DNA of 64,000 nt from Diadema antillarum (taxonomy: Eukaryota). Shown here piece by piece: positions 33,979-46,379 of this stretch (position 1 is the first letter of the stretch; each line of letters begins with the position of its first letter). Under the pieces are notes generated by a model. The model ran no database searches, had not been told where the DNA came from, and was given only the letters and a program-made list of their open reading frames with translations. Both the position numbers and the translations under genes were made by a program. The DNA is taken from positions 19,756 to 83,755 of the forward strand of contig NW_027271623.1 of the NCBI RefSeq assembly GCF_040938485.1, written 5' to 3'.

Positions 33979-34429
33979 GTAAGTACATACAGCAGCACTT
34001 CCAACACTGTACTGGAGAGCACAACCAATCAGAATTTATCTATCTCTATCCAGCAGAAAATCTTTATACATGAATTCCTTTAAGAAAGCTCCGGAGGCAT
34101 ACAGTGTATCTGTTTCAATGAAGAATGTATTAAATGGTTTTGTTTACATGGTTTGATATCGATGACTTAAATACTGTAAAACACGATATTTTCGCGAATT
34201 GGAGCCAACGGCCTTATTCGCAGCATGAAACTTTTGTGAGTTGCCTCTAACGTTAGATGCATATAGTGTAGAAAAGATCTTTAGCATGCATTTTAATTTC
34301 TTGAAAGTCTGCTCTGGCAAAATTCGCAAAATCAAAATGCATGCGAACATTACTCGTTTTACAGTAGACAGAATAGTTTGGTCTATGGTGTAATCACTCT
34401 GAGCCTGAATGGAGGTTACACAAAATGCT

Positions 34430-34650
34430 GATGGTTTTGTGTATGTCACCATGTATGTCACTGTGTATGTCTGTGTGTATGTATGTACATGTATGTGTGT
34501 GCATACATGTGTGTATGTGTACATGTATGTATGCATGTATGTATGAATGTATGTATGAATGTATGCATGTATGTATGTATGTATGTATGCATGTATGTAT
34601 GCATGTATGTATGAATGTATGTATGTATGTATGTATGTATGTATGGAAGA
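34430..34650. repeat. Compound (ATGT)n/(TGTA)n microsatellite with TGTG, CATG and GAAT interruptions, in DPH1 intron 11
   Basis: gtatgtatgcatgtatgtatgaatgtatgtatgaatgtatgcatgtatgtatgtatgtatgtatgcatg.... ORFs 34144..34677, 34394..34690 and 34425..34679 are artefacts of the repeat. Confidence 0.95.
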
Positions 34651-34893
34651 TGAATGAAATCCAGACCACATGTACATGATAACATAGCATGGGTTTGCAT
34701 TACACCAACACTCGTATAAAGAAACACATGTAATACCAGTACCAGTAATTAGTGTAAAGCATATGGTGATCAGTGTTTCATTTCTAGATCAGACCTTTTT
34801 CCTTGTTAGCAAAGTACATAATATTCAGACACTGTACATGCATTAAGATTGATGCTTGTATCTTTGTGTGTGTCTGTTCATCTTGTTATCAAG

Positions 34894-35124
34894 GCTGCGG
34901 TAGCTCTGAGGTCTGTAGAGTGGCAGTCATGTTACCCCATGGACTTCTATGCCAATGACAGCCTGGGACCGTGGACACCAAACAACCAGCTCCACCGCCC
35001 TCTCAGACCTGGTAGGAAAGCTCACCCAAGGTCAGCGGCAAAACAAGATGTCAGCCAAGAGGGTGGTGCCAAAGTGGAATCAGGAAACCAGGAGAAAGCT
35101 ATTCCATGCGAGGATAAGAGATGA
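34894..35124 (+). CDS. DPH1: DPH1 terminal exon: [44 protein letters not shown]...CEDKR, stop TGA at 35122-35124
   Basis: Matches human [31 protein letters not shown]. It lies in the plus ORF 34849..35124, and acceptor TTATCAAG precedes it. The total CDS is 1320 nt, 439 aa; my recollection of human DPH1 is 443 aa. Confidence 0.85.
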   Translation, partial: AAVALRSVEWQSCYPMDFYANDSLGPWTPNNQLHRPLRPGRKAHPRSAAKQDVSQEGGAKVESGNQEKAIPCEDKR

Positions 35125-35615
35125 GACCAAGCTACCAGCAGTGAAGTGAATAGACTGTATTTGAAACAAACTCTAGTTAGGGATGCTATGGCTGCAAGTC
35201 CATCAGACAGATAAAGAATGTAGAATGGAAGCACAGATGTGGTGACAATAGTTTATGTTGAGAGGAAACTGAAGGGAATGCATATTGAAGTATATCCTGA
35301 GGTGTTTATGTGTACTGGCAGGATTGAATATCAGAAAACCTTGGTGAACCCATGTATGCAAGAGAGTATCAATGCTGGTGGTAAGTCTGTAGGACCCGCT
35401 GAGCTGGGGTCATGTCATTGTCTTTGCTTGATGGTAAGCGGCTTTTCTCATTTCGGCCACTACCTCATAGGCATAATTAAGGTTCTTGCCATCAGGGCAC
35501 CACTAGACAGTCCAGGTTGGGGTTGTTGCTTTCTTTCACCACATCAGGTAAATCTCTTCACTGCCCAATCAGTATTGATATAATTGAAACCACACCCCAA
35601 AAATCTAGCCAGTTT

Positions 35616-35621
35616 ATTAAA
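35616..35621 (+). terminator. Candidate polyadenylation signal ATTAAA for DPH1, ~490 nt after the stop
   Basis: ATTAAA hexamer downstream of the TGA stop. No alternative AATAAA lies closer. Confidence 0.2.
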
Positions 35622-36825
35622 ATAGAGAAGAGCAGAAAATTTACTGGTATTCAAGACATCTGCAAGAACATGTGCAGGTCTTGTTTTTGTTACATTCAGG
35701 ATTTATTTACAGTTAACCAAGTGTCTGTTACTGCGATGTACAGCCGTAAGCAAGTGTGCTTTGTAGGGCTTAGAATCTCTGTAGGAATTGGAAACTTGCT
35801 TGCTGTTTGAAGCCTCTAAATTAAGAAGTGTCATACTACATGTATCAATTATGCCCCCTTTGTAGTTCATTTATGTTGACTAGCATTTTTTTTTTTTAAT
35901 CCAACAAGAATACGATTCATACCCTCACATGGTATGGCTTGGGCAATTATGTGTTACTGCACATTTTGTAGCTACATGTACTACTCTAGCTGGTCCTTCT
36001 AATTACTGTAAACATGGACATTTCTGCACAAGTGACTTTTTTTGCACTCTCTTGGGTAAAAGGAATCTGGCATGATTTTAATTCCCAGATTCACAACATA
36101 AAATGGTGTCTTATATAATTTTAGCACACAAAACAAAAATGTATGCTTTTTCATGCTAGTTTGTCTTTGAGAGAATTGCATAAACATTTCCAATTTTACA
36201 GGAATCTCTGAGAAGTGGTGAGGGTCCTTGCCATACTAAATCCACGTGGTCTTCTTACTCTGCTCAAGTCTGGTGTGACGTAGGAATGACATATGAGTAA
36301 AGTGGTGTAAACACAGAGATGATCATTTCTTGGACTCATTTCCATGAGCATTGGTGGAGGCTGTAGGCATCCTAGAAGGATTTGGATTCCACTGCATTCA
36401 GTTTGATTGCAGTATTTCAATGAAAACAATGACATTCTCATAAAATTTATGTGTGTACTAATGAGGCAAGGTGTATGAGTAAAAGGATTAGGTAGCAAAA
36501 CATGCTTGGAGTGTGATTCAAAGTCACAGACATAATGACAATGATAATGCCATATGCATAAGCCCTTCAACTATTCAGTAAAGCGTGTACATGTCTTAAT
36601 AATCCATACTAAAAAGAAACAAAAGAAGTAGTGAATGACAGATTTATATTGTTTGTATCAAAGAAATATATGCTTCTTGAAATAAGATCCTGAAAGGTGT
36701 CTTATACTCGTCTTGTCCCACACAATCTTTAGAGTTGATCCAGTTATCTATTCTTCGGCTGTAAACATGCAGCCTGACAGGCTGTGAATCCATGCAAACA
36801 TAGGGTGGTACATGTATTCTGAAAA

Positions 36826-37350
36826 TCTTCCTAAGTTTCTTCCTAAGTTAGAAACTTAGGAAGTGCCTAGGAAAGACTGAATTGGTATTCTGAAATTTCT
36901 TTTGAGGAAATTCTTAATGCAAATTAGGCCATCCTTTTCCCCGCCCACATCCTTTCTTAAAGCCAATACAAAATGCTGTTTCATAACCAACCAATGACAA
37001 TCACGTATTACTATGATGTAGGGTTAAATACACGTGCGTTGCATATCCGCTTTCTCATGCCAATTTCGCGCATCAAAGTACATGTTGCGCGCAGTGAATG
37101 ACAAGCGCCTATCACGATGTTTTGCAGCTTGCTATATCTTAACAACATACTTCGGACAGGGATGGGGCTTTTTTTAATACATTGTATCTTCCTAAAATTC
37201 TTTTCTAAATGCATCCTAAAATACCAACTTCTTCCTTAGTCAGAAATTTGCATATCTCATCATCATTTGCATATCTTCCTAAGTTTCTTCCTAAGTTCAA
37301 GAAAAAACTTAAGAAGACACTTAGGAAGAAACTTTGAAAGGATTTCAGAA
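36826..37350. mobile_element. Foldback element with inverted arms built from CTTCCTAAGTT sub-repeats
   Basis: cttcctaagtttcttcctaagttagaaacttaggaagtgcctaggaaagactgaattggtattctgaaat at 36826-36900 is the reverse complement of ...cttcctaagtttcttcctaagttcaag...acacttaggaagaaactttgaaaggatttcagaataccac at 37265-37355. Confidence 0.65.
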
Positions 37351-37536
37351 TACCACCCCAGGTGTTTATCTTCGTTATAACTGAGATTGAGGATATCAAG
37401 CCATTCAGTTATTAATATTGAAGCTCCTTGAATACCAGTTTCTCCCTTGGCCTGTAACACCTTCATTAGGGATGACTGGACATTTGTGTGTGTCAGTGTG
37501 TGTGGGTGGGGCCGGGGGGTGCTGTGGGCTGATAAG

Positions 37537-37871
37537 AGGGAGCTTTAGATTTTAGACGCGCGGACGTTCAGAGGGAAAAAACATGTTCTGAGCGTGCGCA
37601 GAAGCGCGCGTCAAGTCGATCTATTTTTAGCTTGTGTCGCCTGAGTTTTTCACTACGCATACTGGGCTATTTTTACGTCCGCACAGCTTGCAACATAGAG
37701 AGCTACTTACATTGTATGCACCGATCATATGGGGGCACGATTTTATTTTTTATACGTTGCGTCCCAGCGTAATCTAAAGCTACTTTTCAACGCAACGCAG
37801 GGGAGAGGAGAACGTCCAGCGCACTCATCGTCTCAAACGTCCGCGCGTCAAAATCTAAAGCTCCCTAAGGT
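37537..37871. mobile_element. MITE with ~30-bp terminal inverted repeats GGGAGCTTTAGATTTTAGACGCGCGGACGTT / AACGTCCGCGCGTCAAAATCTAAAGCTCCC
   Basis: Perfect inverted termini lie at 37541-37571 and 37838-37868 and flank ~270 bp of unique sequence. Confidence 0.7.
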
Positions 37872-39629
37872 CAAGGGTCCATGCTAAACCATTCCCCCTT
37901 CCCCTCCTCCATTTCATGATTTATGTATCTTTTCTTCTTTTTTTCATGACTCCACCAACTTTTTTTCTTCAAGAGGCTTATCTTGGCTTGGATTGGCTGT
38001 TCCAGGCTGCTACTGGGCATCTACCACCACCTTTGCTTGCATCCTCTGAAACAATCCAAACCCTCATCTTCCCCATCCCCTCCACTTTCTCACCTCTTAA
38101 ATACACTCAACAAAGAAAAAAGAAAGAAAGAAAGTAATCACTTTTTCAAGTTTGTATTTCTCATAGAACATTCAGCTTAAAGTTAATGTTTTATATACCA
38201 TATTAAAGGTAATTTAATTGGCCATCAACCTGGTAGGTCAATAAAAAGGTTAACTTTACACATGAGTGAACATTTTTTGTTTTCTCTTCAAAGGCACAAA
38301 AGTAAAAATTCCAAAAAAGCAAGTTGTCGTTTATGGGTGCTCTTTATAAGTGCTTTTCCATGTACCAATAAGAAGAAAAGACAAATTTAACACCAAAGAA
38401 ATCATGAATTTAGTTGCAAAAAATAAAGCTATGACCTCAATAATATCTTTGAAGCCCAAAAGATTAATAAAGGGTAAAATAATGGACGAAAAAGAAGAAT
38501 CTTCTTTCAAATCCAAGTTCAAAAGAAATGAGAGAAGCAATGTACAATTTAAACAAAAATGGTAAGAATTTGAATTGCTTTCTGAAGTTAGAAAGATTGT
38601 AAATAATATTTGATTCTTGAATTTGTCTCATGAATTCTTAAATTACTAAATAAAACAAATGAAATAAAGAGATTCTGTTCATTTAATCATCTTTGTGCCC
38701 TTACTCTTTATGTCACTTGAAGTTTGAGTTGACAGAAAATTCGTATTTTCCCCTTTAGTTTTCAACTTTGATTTTTTTAAATGTTATAAAGAAATATAGA
38801 AAACGAAAACTTAATTTTGCTATTTAATTAAAGTTTCTCATTACGTTAAACTGGTCTTTTGTTATCACTGTTATGTTGAAGGGCCTTTCCAAATGGAAGA
38901 CAACATATTGTATGCAATTTTTACTTTTGTGCCTTGGAAGACAAAAATGAATGTGTTCGCTCATGCGTAAAGTTTCTCTTTATATTCACCTACTAGTTTG
39001 ATAGCCAATTAAACTATCTTTAATATGGTATATAATACATGTACATTGATTTTCATCAAAATCTTCTATGAAAAATATGAACTCGAAAAGTGTTTACTTT
39101 CTGTTTTTGTTGAGTCTTATCTGTAAAAACAAACAAACAAACAGAAAAAAATCAAAATAAAACACTCTGTAGTATTCATGTATACATGAAAACATGGCAA
39201 AGAAACTCGCTACAGACAGGCCTGCACTGTTGCAATTTGTATCTTCTGATTCATTTTTCTTTATGTTTTGGTTAACAAAGATAATTACGTTTAATGTTGC
39301 TATAAATTAGAAACATTCACAACACAAAACTTGCAAATTGGAAGCAATGACCTCTTAGCAGGCCTGAAACTTGCCCAAATCACCACTGGCATTCAATGCA
39401 TTGTGTAAACAAATACTTCACATGCATTTTACTCTTATCATAAAACTTGACTCCCAAATTTGCAAAAGTTTCAGACATGCACACATTTCTGGTTTGACAG
39501 TCGTGTTAAACCATGTGTGTCTTTGTGGATTGTTTCTGTATACATTATACAGTCTCTATTAGTTCATATTTTGGTTGGTTTGTACCCAGGAATCATCAGG
39601 CCATTCAATTTCCCTAGGCATTATTTTAT

Positions 39630-39730
39630 ACAGTGGTGGCCGATCCAGAAAGGGGGGGGGGGGGGGGGGGGGGTGGGACAACCGCGCACGCCCCCTTTAT
39701 TTTTCTGTTAAAAACAAAAGAAATTTTAAA
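39630..39730. repeat. Dispersed repeat (2 copies, the other at 45361-45450): CAGTGG..GATCCAGA.GGGGG...GCACGC..CCCCTTTATTTTT...AAACAAAAGAAAT
   Basis: 39630 cagtggtggccgatccagaaagggggg(24)tgggacaaccgcgcacgccccctttatttttctgttaaaaacaaaagaaat aligns with 45361 cagtggcagatccagatgggggtgcaccgggcacgcgtcccctctttattttttttttttaaacaaaaaaaataaaagaaat. Confidence 0.5.
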
Positions 39731-39799
39731 ACTAGAAATGTCGCTATGGCGACTGGTATGCCTCCGCCATAATGCATGATTCTCCTAATAGGTCTATAG

Positions 39800-40860
39800 T
39801 ACATGTGGACAATGTGTGATTAAATTTTCACAAAATTGGCGAAATTGGCCAATTTTCACAAAATTGGCAAAACAAGTTTGTCACAAATATGTTGAATGTT
39901 CACCTTCCTTGACCTAGGTTAATTGGATGAATAGGAGAGCATGTATTTGGGATTTAAGGACTTTAACTTGACTTTGACCCATTCATACGTTTATGCATTG
40001 AGTAATTTTCAAGGTATGGAGAAAAAGTGCCATACCAAATTTCTGTATTGAATAGTAAATTGTTACCATTTTCATCCGGCCTTTGACCCATGTGACCCTA
40101 AAATTCTTAAGATAATCACTGTCAGGCAGAACATGCGTAAATGTGTAGTACGTTTCAAGATAACTTGAGCCACTTCCGAGATATGGAGGAAAAAATTAGT
40201 TCAGCACTTTCACTTGATCTTTGACCTTTTGACCTTTGAGGCAAAAAAAAAAACTTTCCAGAGATTCTATTAGATTATACGTGCATACACCAAGTGTAAA
40301 AATAAATAATCCTGCTGCCATTGCATAAACAGGGAAATAGTAAAATTTGAAGTGTTGCCCTTGACCTTTGACCCCTGACCTTTGACCCCATGAACCCTTA
40401 ATTTTCTAGATAATCACTGCCAATGTATGTTCCATGAAGATACCCTGAACAAATTCCAAGGTACAGAGAAAAAAGGTGAAGTTTTGATGTTTATACTTGA
40501 CCTTTTGACCTTTGACCTCATGACCCAAACTTTCACCAGAGAATCTTAACTGGGTAATACATGTATACACTAAGTTTATTCAAGAAAATATCTTCAGGCA
40601 TTGCATAGATATGGTGGAAAAAGTGAAATTTTATGTATTTGACCTTGACCTTTTGACCTTTGACCTTGAGCATGTGCACCCAAAAGTTGATAGACACAAC
40701 TTCACCCCCTAATACACATACATGCCAAGTTTCATTAGGATACCTCAAAAGGTTTTGGTAGTTACCCTGTCCACAAAATTCATTACGGACGGACGGAAGG
40801 ATAGACGGAAGGACGGATGGACAGACGGACGGACGGACAACCCGAAAACATAATGGAACC
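39800..40860. repeat. Tandem array of ~190-bp units rich in TGACCTTTGACC motifs, ending in a (GACG)n/(GACGGAAG)n tract at 40780-40850
   Basis: Unit blocks recur: ...ctttgacc(c)atgtgaccctaaaattcttaagataatcactg.caggcagaacatg... / ...ccttgacctttgacccctgacctttgaccccatgaacccttaattttctagataatcactgccaatgtatg... / ...ttgaccttttgacctttgacctcatgacccaaactttcaccagagaatc.... The tail is cggacggacggaaggatagacggaaggacggatggacagacggacggacggac. Confidence 0.75.
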
Positions 40861-41129
40861 TTTTAGTGGGGGAGGGCTGGTGTCGAGAGTATACATAATG
40901 GTGTATCCTTCACCTTTTTTTATGGGAAGATCTTCCCCTGGTGGAACGTTAATTTTTTATTTTTTCTGAAGGATTTATTAACAAATTCTATTATTGTCAA
41001 CAATTTCAGGCCTATAGAAACCTTCATTGATTTCACGAGACACTATGGGCAGCTAAAAATTAATACAGTAGGCCTACTAATGACATATAAAGGCCTTCGG
41101 TGTTTTGGCCCACTGCCAATGACCATTAA

Positions 41130-41214
41130 CCCGTTGAGGACGAGTCCCGAGTATACTCGGGCTGGTGTCTATGGGAAATATGTGTTGCAGCAAAATAAAA
41201 CGGTACTCAACGGG
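41130..41214. mobile_element. Micro-MITE copy, TTAA at 41126-41129 and 41215-41218
   Basis: CCCGTTGAGGACGAGTCCCGAGTATACTCGGGCTGGTGTCTATGGGAAATATGTGTTGCAGCAAAATAAAACGGTACTCAACGGG. The 13-bp terminal inverted repeats are CCCGTTGAG / CTCAACGGG. Confidence 0.65.
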
Positions 41215-41637
41215 TTAAGCACCTAAGTACATCAATGATTTTATGTCTCTGTATATGTTACCGCAGAGAAACATAAGAACCTCCCTCATCCCAATCCACC
41301 TCTTATTTAATTCTTTAATTGCTATATGTCCGATACGATCACTCGAAAATATTTGAAGCATGTGTCAAACTGGATCTGTCGCGCAGATAGGAATGCAATT
41401 GACTCGTGTCTCATTGCATAATCACCATCCACTTTCTATGAAAGATACGTCTTTGTGATGATACATGTAGTTACTTTTTGCCATCCTCACTTATAAAAGA
41501 TATGTGATATAGGACCCTATACAGTATAATGGTAAATACACAGGGATGCGCTAATGAATTGCACAAAAATATAAAAATAAAAAAATAGATAAATAAACAG
41601 GTAAATAAATGAGTAAATAAACAAATGATTGAATGAA

Positions 41638-41668
<31 letters not shown>

Positions 41669-42177
41669 ACAAATGGTGAAATAAAAATGAAAATTACTCG
41701 ACTGGGTGGGTATGCCCGGGCACTATTCAGATATATCTATCAATGAAGACTAATTTACTCGACGATTATTCCATATCAGATGTATTTGTGGAAATTAAGT
41801 GGAAAATGATAAAATCAGCTTTCCACGAACATCCATAGTTTTTAGACACTTTCACATGATAAACTTCTGGAAGGGATTGGCTTTTGTTTTATAGGCTTAC
41901 CATTAAGTGAGAGTTTATTTCCTTTAATGAATAAACAAGCAAAATATAGCAAATTATGTTAACGTTCAAAATGAATCTTCAGATTGCTCAGCAAGACGGC
42001 GGCATCTAACATCGATCATCAAAGGTATAAGAAGTGCACCTGTGGATTTTTTTTTTTTCTTGTACATCGATGATCAGTAGAAAATTGACGACTGTTAAGT
42101 ACAGCCAGTTGGAACTCCAACTCTTAAAACCTAAAAACCTCCTTGATACAGTTTATCTAGTTGACACCCCCCCCCAA

Positions 42178-42292
42178 AAAAACAAAAAACAAAAAAAAAA
42201 ACAACAAAACAAAACAAAACAAAACAAAACAAAACAAAACAAAACAAAACAAAACAAAACAAAACAAAACAAAACAAAACAAAACAAAACCT
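42178..42292. repeat. (AAAAC)n / (CAAAA)n pentanucleotide microsatellite preceded by poly-C
   Basis: acaaaacaaaacaaaacaaaacaaaac..., about 20 units. Confidence 0.95.
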
Positions 42293-42339
42293 CGATGAAC
42301 ACCTAGCCGCTCCTCCATCCCTCCATGATCCCACTACCC

Positions 42340-42830
42340 TCCCTCACAGCAGCTAGCGCTAGAGCGGTTACTATGGCGACGACCTATGACCGCAACAACA
42401 TGTCCAACTCGCGGCGGACCTGTTGCATGCAGAACAGTCGGTGTCGTTCCGACATGCCCATGTTCGTTGGCGGAGGATAAAAAGCTACATTCTACTGGCG
42501 ATTTGACAATAACACTTCTCTATATAACGCAAATAGGCTATTCTACTGGGATTGATGATATTAGGCACATAAGTATTTTGTGACAGTTTCACTTTGCGAC
42601 ACATCGCAGCGCAGGCAGCTGATTTCCAGCGGTACTTCTCTGCTGTCGTGCGCCTGAACCTCCGGCGCCTCCCTGCCTGATCTTGTCGTACAAGCTGGGC
42701 CTCTTCTCCGCGCTCCAGTAGACGTAGACAGACAGACCGTGCTGCTGTGTTGTGCTTTGGGTCTGCTTTGGTAATCTTTGCATCTAGACATATTTTCTAC
42801 ATCAATGAAAATCTAAGAGGCCACGTTTCA
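42340..42830 (+). promoter_or_regulatory. CpG-containing region immediately upstream of the MORN3 start codon. Likely core promoter and 5' UTR
   Basis: CGs are locally enriched (gcgctagagcgg, cgcggcggacc, cgccgacatgcc...), in contrast to the AT-rich surroundings. The region directly abuts the MORN3 ATG. Confidence 0.3.
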
Positions 42831-42833
42831 ACA

Positions 42834-42978
42834 ATGCCATACCAAAAAGTTCCAAAGAAAACTCAACCTCTTTGGCATGAGTGGGATTACAAAGCACAAA
42901 AGAAAGGAGTGAGAAACACAGTTTATTCTGTGAATGGGGATGAGTACACAGGAGAGTGGCTGGACAACAAGAAACACG
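42834..42978 (+). CDS. MORN3: MORN3 (MORN repeat-containing protein 3) exon 1: MPYQKVPKKTQPLWHEWDYKAQKKGVRNTVYSVNGDEYTGEWLDNKKH(G)
   Basis: Matches human MORN3 MPVSKCPKKSESLWKGWDRKAQRNGLRSQVYAVNGDYYVGEWKDNVKHG. An in-frame upstream ATG at 42747 is not supported by homology. Donor GTAAGC. Confidence 0.85.
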
Positions 42979-44608
42979 GTAAGCAATGAAAGTCAATTGC
43001 AACTCTTCTTCTTCTTCTTCTTCCGATGAGTACATCCCTCTGATAAGAGTATTGTCGTACTTGGCAGGCAAAAGCGCAGTCACGGAAACACGCAAAATAA
43101 GAGTGCATTTTGGGTGCAATTTGGGACAAACAAAAATAAATAACTAAGCTACCGTGCGAGTAGTCATGTAAGTCATGTAAGTTTGAAATAAATGTTGACA
43201 AACACGAAATCAAAGAATCACATGGAAAAGGTTTAGGAAAGAGTTCCTTCTGGGATCACCACCCAAATTGTACAACATGTACAATGTACTCTACACAATT
43301 CTGGGTATAGAAGTCTACCCAGAATTGTTGGCTTTCGCTTCCCACAGGCACAGATGCATTCACACACATTTGACGAGAGATTCAGCCTTGGGTAGAGTAG
43401 TGGAGAGTTTGAATTTTGGGTGACTGACCCAAACGTATATAAATTCTTGCCAAGGTTTCTATCAAATCAGACGGGTTCTAACATTACTGGGGATTTGAAT
43501 AAAAAGATTTGGGGATTTAAATTTTCTTGTCTCGTAGTACTTGCCCATGAAATGATTGTGTCATCGCGTGTACTTGGCTTGCACACAAATTAACATGTTG
43601 TAGTAAACTTTTGATGTATGAAAAAGAAATATATATAGGCCTATATATTTTATTTATTTTTTTTAATAATGAACTTGGGGAGAAAATATCAGGCTTGAAT
43701 TCACTGAAATAGTGAAACCGTTGCTTTTGTACAGGGGTTTTCAATAGGCGTGCATGACCCTCAGACTGGCAAAAGATCAAGATTTTAAAGATTGTGATCT
43801 TATACTTCTCGATCTTTTGCCAGTCTGACAGTGCCTATTGATAAAGTTCTTGATTGGAGAGGTATACATGAGCTCTGTTTATGAATTGTTTGTTACATGC
43901 AAACCAATGGAATAGTTGTGAAGTGATCTTTTATGTCATCACATCATCTAATTTGCATATGATGACTGCTACGTACTGCATTACTTTTATGCCATCATGC
44001 CACTATGTTTCATGAAAGCTTGACATTTTCCACCATTGCATTTCCAATCCAAGTGTGATTTTATGTCCTTATTTCTCCATAACTTGACAACAATTTGATA
44101 GAACATCTTGAGAAAAAAAAAAACTTATTAATTTTGATGTCCCACAGGTATGCAGATATTCAAATCTTACCCCAAGTAGAGTCTGTAGGCCTATGAGTAT
44201 ATCTGAATTCAATAGATGCAGAAATGTTTTTTGTAATGAACATCAGTGAAATTTAAGGATAATTGGACAATATCTTTAAGAGAAATATGAAGTAAGTTTG
44301 GAACTCTTAAATGCTGTCATCGTGCTGGATAAGAAGACTAGATACTTGTAGGTTAACAATTTATTATATCAGAGTATTAATGCTAAAATATATGAATAAA
44401 ATACTGCAGGATAAGGCTTGTACATATGTATATTTGCTGTTTTAGCATGATAAAAAGTTACTTGACTTCCTCTTGAACAGAAAATGGGGGAAAATACAAC
44501 CTTTATTATGTCAGTAACATATTTGACAACAAATGTGTACTATTCATTAAATATTCAAAATAAAATTTCTATCTATTTATATGCATATTTTCTCTCACTT
44601 GGATACAG

Positions 44609-44763
44609 GTAAAGGAACACAGAAATGGAAGAAACAGGGAGCCCTGTATGATGGAGACTGGAAGTTTGGAAAGAGGAATGGATTTGGCACACTGAGTACT
44701 CCTGCAGAGGGAGGGGGCTACAAGAGGATTTATTCAGGGGGATGGAAGAACGACAAACGACAT
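44609..44763 (+). CDS. MORN3: MORN3 exon 2: KGTQKWKKQGALYDGDWKFGKRNGFGTLSTPAEGGGYKRIYSGGWKNDKRH
   Basis: Matches human KGTQVWKKKGAIYEGDWKFGKRDGYGTLSLPDQQTGKCRRVYSGWWKGDKKS. Acceptor GGATACAG and donor GTAAGT. Confidence 0.9.
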
Positions 44764-45630
44764 GTAAGTAATCATATTACTTTCATTTGTATTTTATTGT
44801 TCTCAGTAAAATTATCAGTTGTATCTAATCTCATGTATTAGTGCCAAAATAAGTGGTCCAGTATTATGTATTTGCAAACATATAAATGAACAAGGAATTA
44901 AAATTGGCACAAGCACATGAAGTTTTAGGAGTCATGTTAGATTGTGAAGTCTTGTTGCGTGTATATACGGCTATACATGACACATTTCTACAAAAATAGT
45001 TTGTGTTTCAGACTCTTACGTAGCTTTTCTTTTGCTTTGGGTTTGTATGTGTTTGTGTCTGTGAACTCTGTTTATTTTAAGTTAGATTCATTTTCAATAT
45101 TGATATATGATGAGGCACAGCTGGATTTTGTTTAGTAAGATTGCAAGAATAGTGTAAATATTCCAAATTACTTTATCAAAATATTTATTTTTTTCTATAA
45201 TTTTTGTTGTGTACAATCATATTAAATCGGTGGCTGTTTGAAAGGAACCGAATGCTATACCAGTACCACCTATTCATACAACAAAATATGTAGGCAGCTG
45301 TACTGCCACAGTTAGGTTACTTTTTGTTGCTAAATAAATTAAACTGCACTGGGATCTACAATCAGTGGCAGATCCAGATGGGGGTGCACCGGGCACGCGT
45401 CCCCTCTTTATTTTTTTTTTTAAACAAAAAAAATAAAAGAAATGGGATGAGTGTGCCCCCCTTTAATTTTGTCAAGGCACCTCCCCTTAATGGAATTCCT
45501 GGGTCTGCCCCTAACAATGTTGTTACTACAAAATCAGTAAAGCTTAGCTCAGCCACTGGTTTTCCAATTATGAACTGTTAAGTAAATATGCTATGATCCA
45601 GATGCATTCCTTCATGAACGCGCCTTGCAG

Positions 45631-45790
45631 GGTTATGGAACAAACTTCTACACATCGGAAGAGTACTATGAAGGCGAGTGGTATGCAGGGAAGCGCAGTG
45701 GATGGGGGCGAATGTACTTCGCTGATGGAAGCACATACGAAGGAGAGTGGTACAATGATGAGAGGAATGGGCAAGGCATGCTAAGACTGG
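45631..45790 (+). CDS. MORN3: MORN3 exon 3: GYGTNFYTSEEYYEGEWYAGKRSGWGRMYFADGSTYEGEWYNDERNGQGMLRL
   Basis: Matches human GYGIQFFGPKEYYEGDWCGSQRSGWGRMYYSNGDIYEGQWENDKPNGEGMLRL. Acceptor CCTTGCAG and donor GTAAGA. Confidence 0.9.
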
Positions 45791-46294
45791 GTAAGAATTT
45801 CAATCAATCTTAGGAGAAAACATTACAAAATCTGAATTCCCTGATTAAGTCATACACACACACACACACACACATACACACAGAGCAACAACAAACACTC
45901 ACTTTATACTCTGCAGGTCATTATGTGACTTCAGTCAGTAATATTAGTGATGATTAGCCAATACACATTCAAGTCTCTCACAAATTGGAGTTTATTAAGC
46001 TAGAGTGACAGAGTGGGGGAAATGACTTGCCATACTTCTGCTGTAAGTGCTAATGTACTTCACATTGTTGGTGGCATGGCATAGGTCAGCATTCTCGGAT
46101 AGATATAAACATGTGTTAATCCTATTAAAGCCAAAATTCACAGAAGTCAAAGGATTTTCTGCAATCCCTTTGGATTTACTGTAAGTATAGGGTTGATTGT
46201 ATGAATTAACAGTTTGGTATTTTGTGCCATATAGATAGGATTTTTATGAAGGATAGATAGGCTATTGTGTTTTTGACATCTTGATTCTTGTTAA

Positions 46295-46379
46295 CCCATT
46301 GAAGACGAGTCCCAAGTATACTCGGACAGGTGTCTATTGGAAATGTGTGTTGTAGCAAAATCAGCCCGTCCTCAATGGG
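46295..46379. mobile_element. Micro-MITE copy, TTAA at 46291-46294 and 46380-46383, in MORN3 intron 3
   Basis: CCCATTGAAGACGAGTCCCAAGTATACTCGGACAGGTGTCTATTGGAAATGTGTGTTGTAGCAAAATCAGCCCGTCCTCAATGGG, flanked by TTAA on both sides. Confidence 0.65.

Noticed and set aside
34144-34727. ORFs of 177, 98, 84 and 89 aa rich in YIHT or CMY repeats
   Set aside because: Translation artefacts of the (ATGT)n compound microsatellite in DPH1 intron 11.
35239-35810. ORFs of 114 and 97 aa immediately after the DPH1 stop
   Set aside because: They lie within the probable DPH1 3' UTR. They lack conserved motifs or splice signals, and the region contains the likely ATTAAA polyadenylation signal.
40780-40860. Possible homology between the (GACG)n tract and the (CCGN)n tract at 12650-12735 (same element family in opposite orientation)
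   Set aside because: On the plus strand the motifs are (CCGA)n and (ACGG)n. These are not reverse complements of each other, so they are independent GC-rich microsatellites. I note the similarity in position, at the ends of satellite arrays, as a finding but not as homology.
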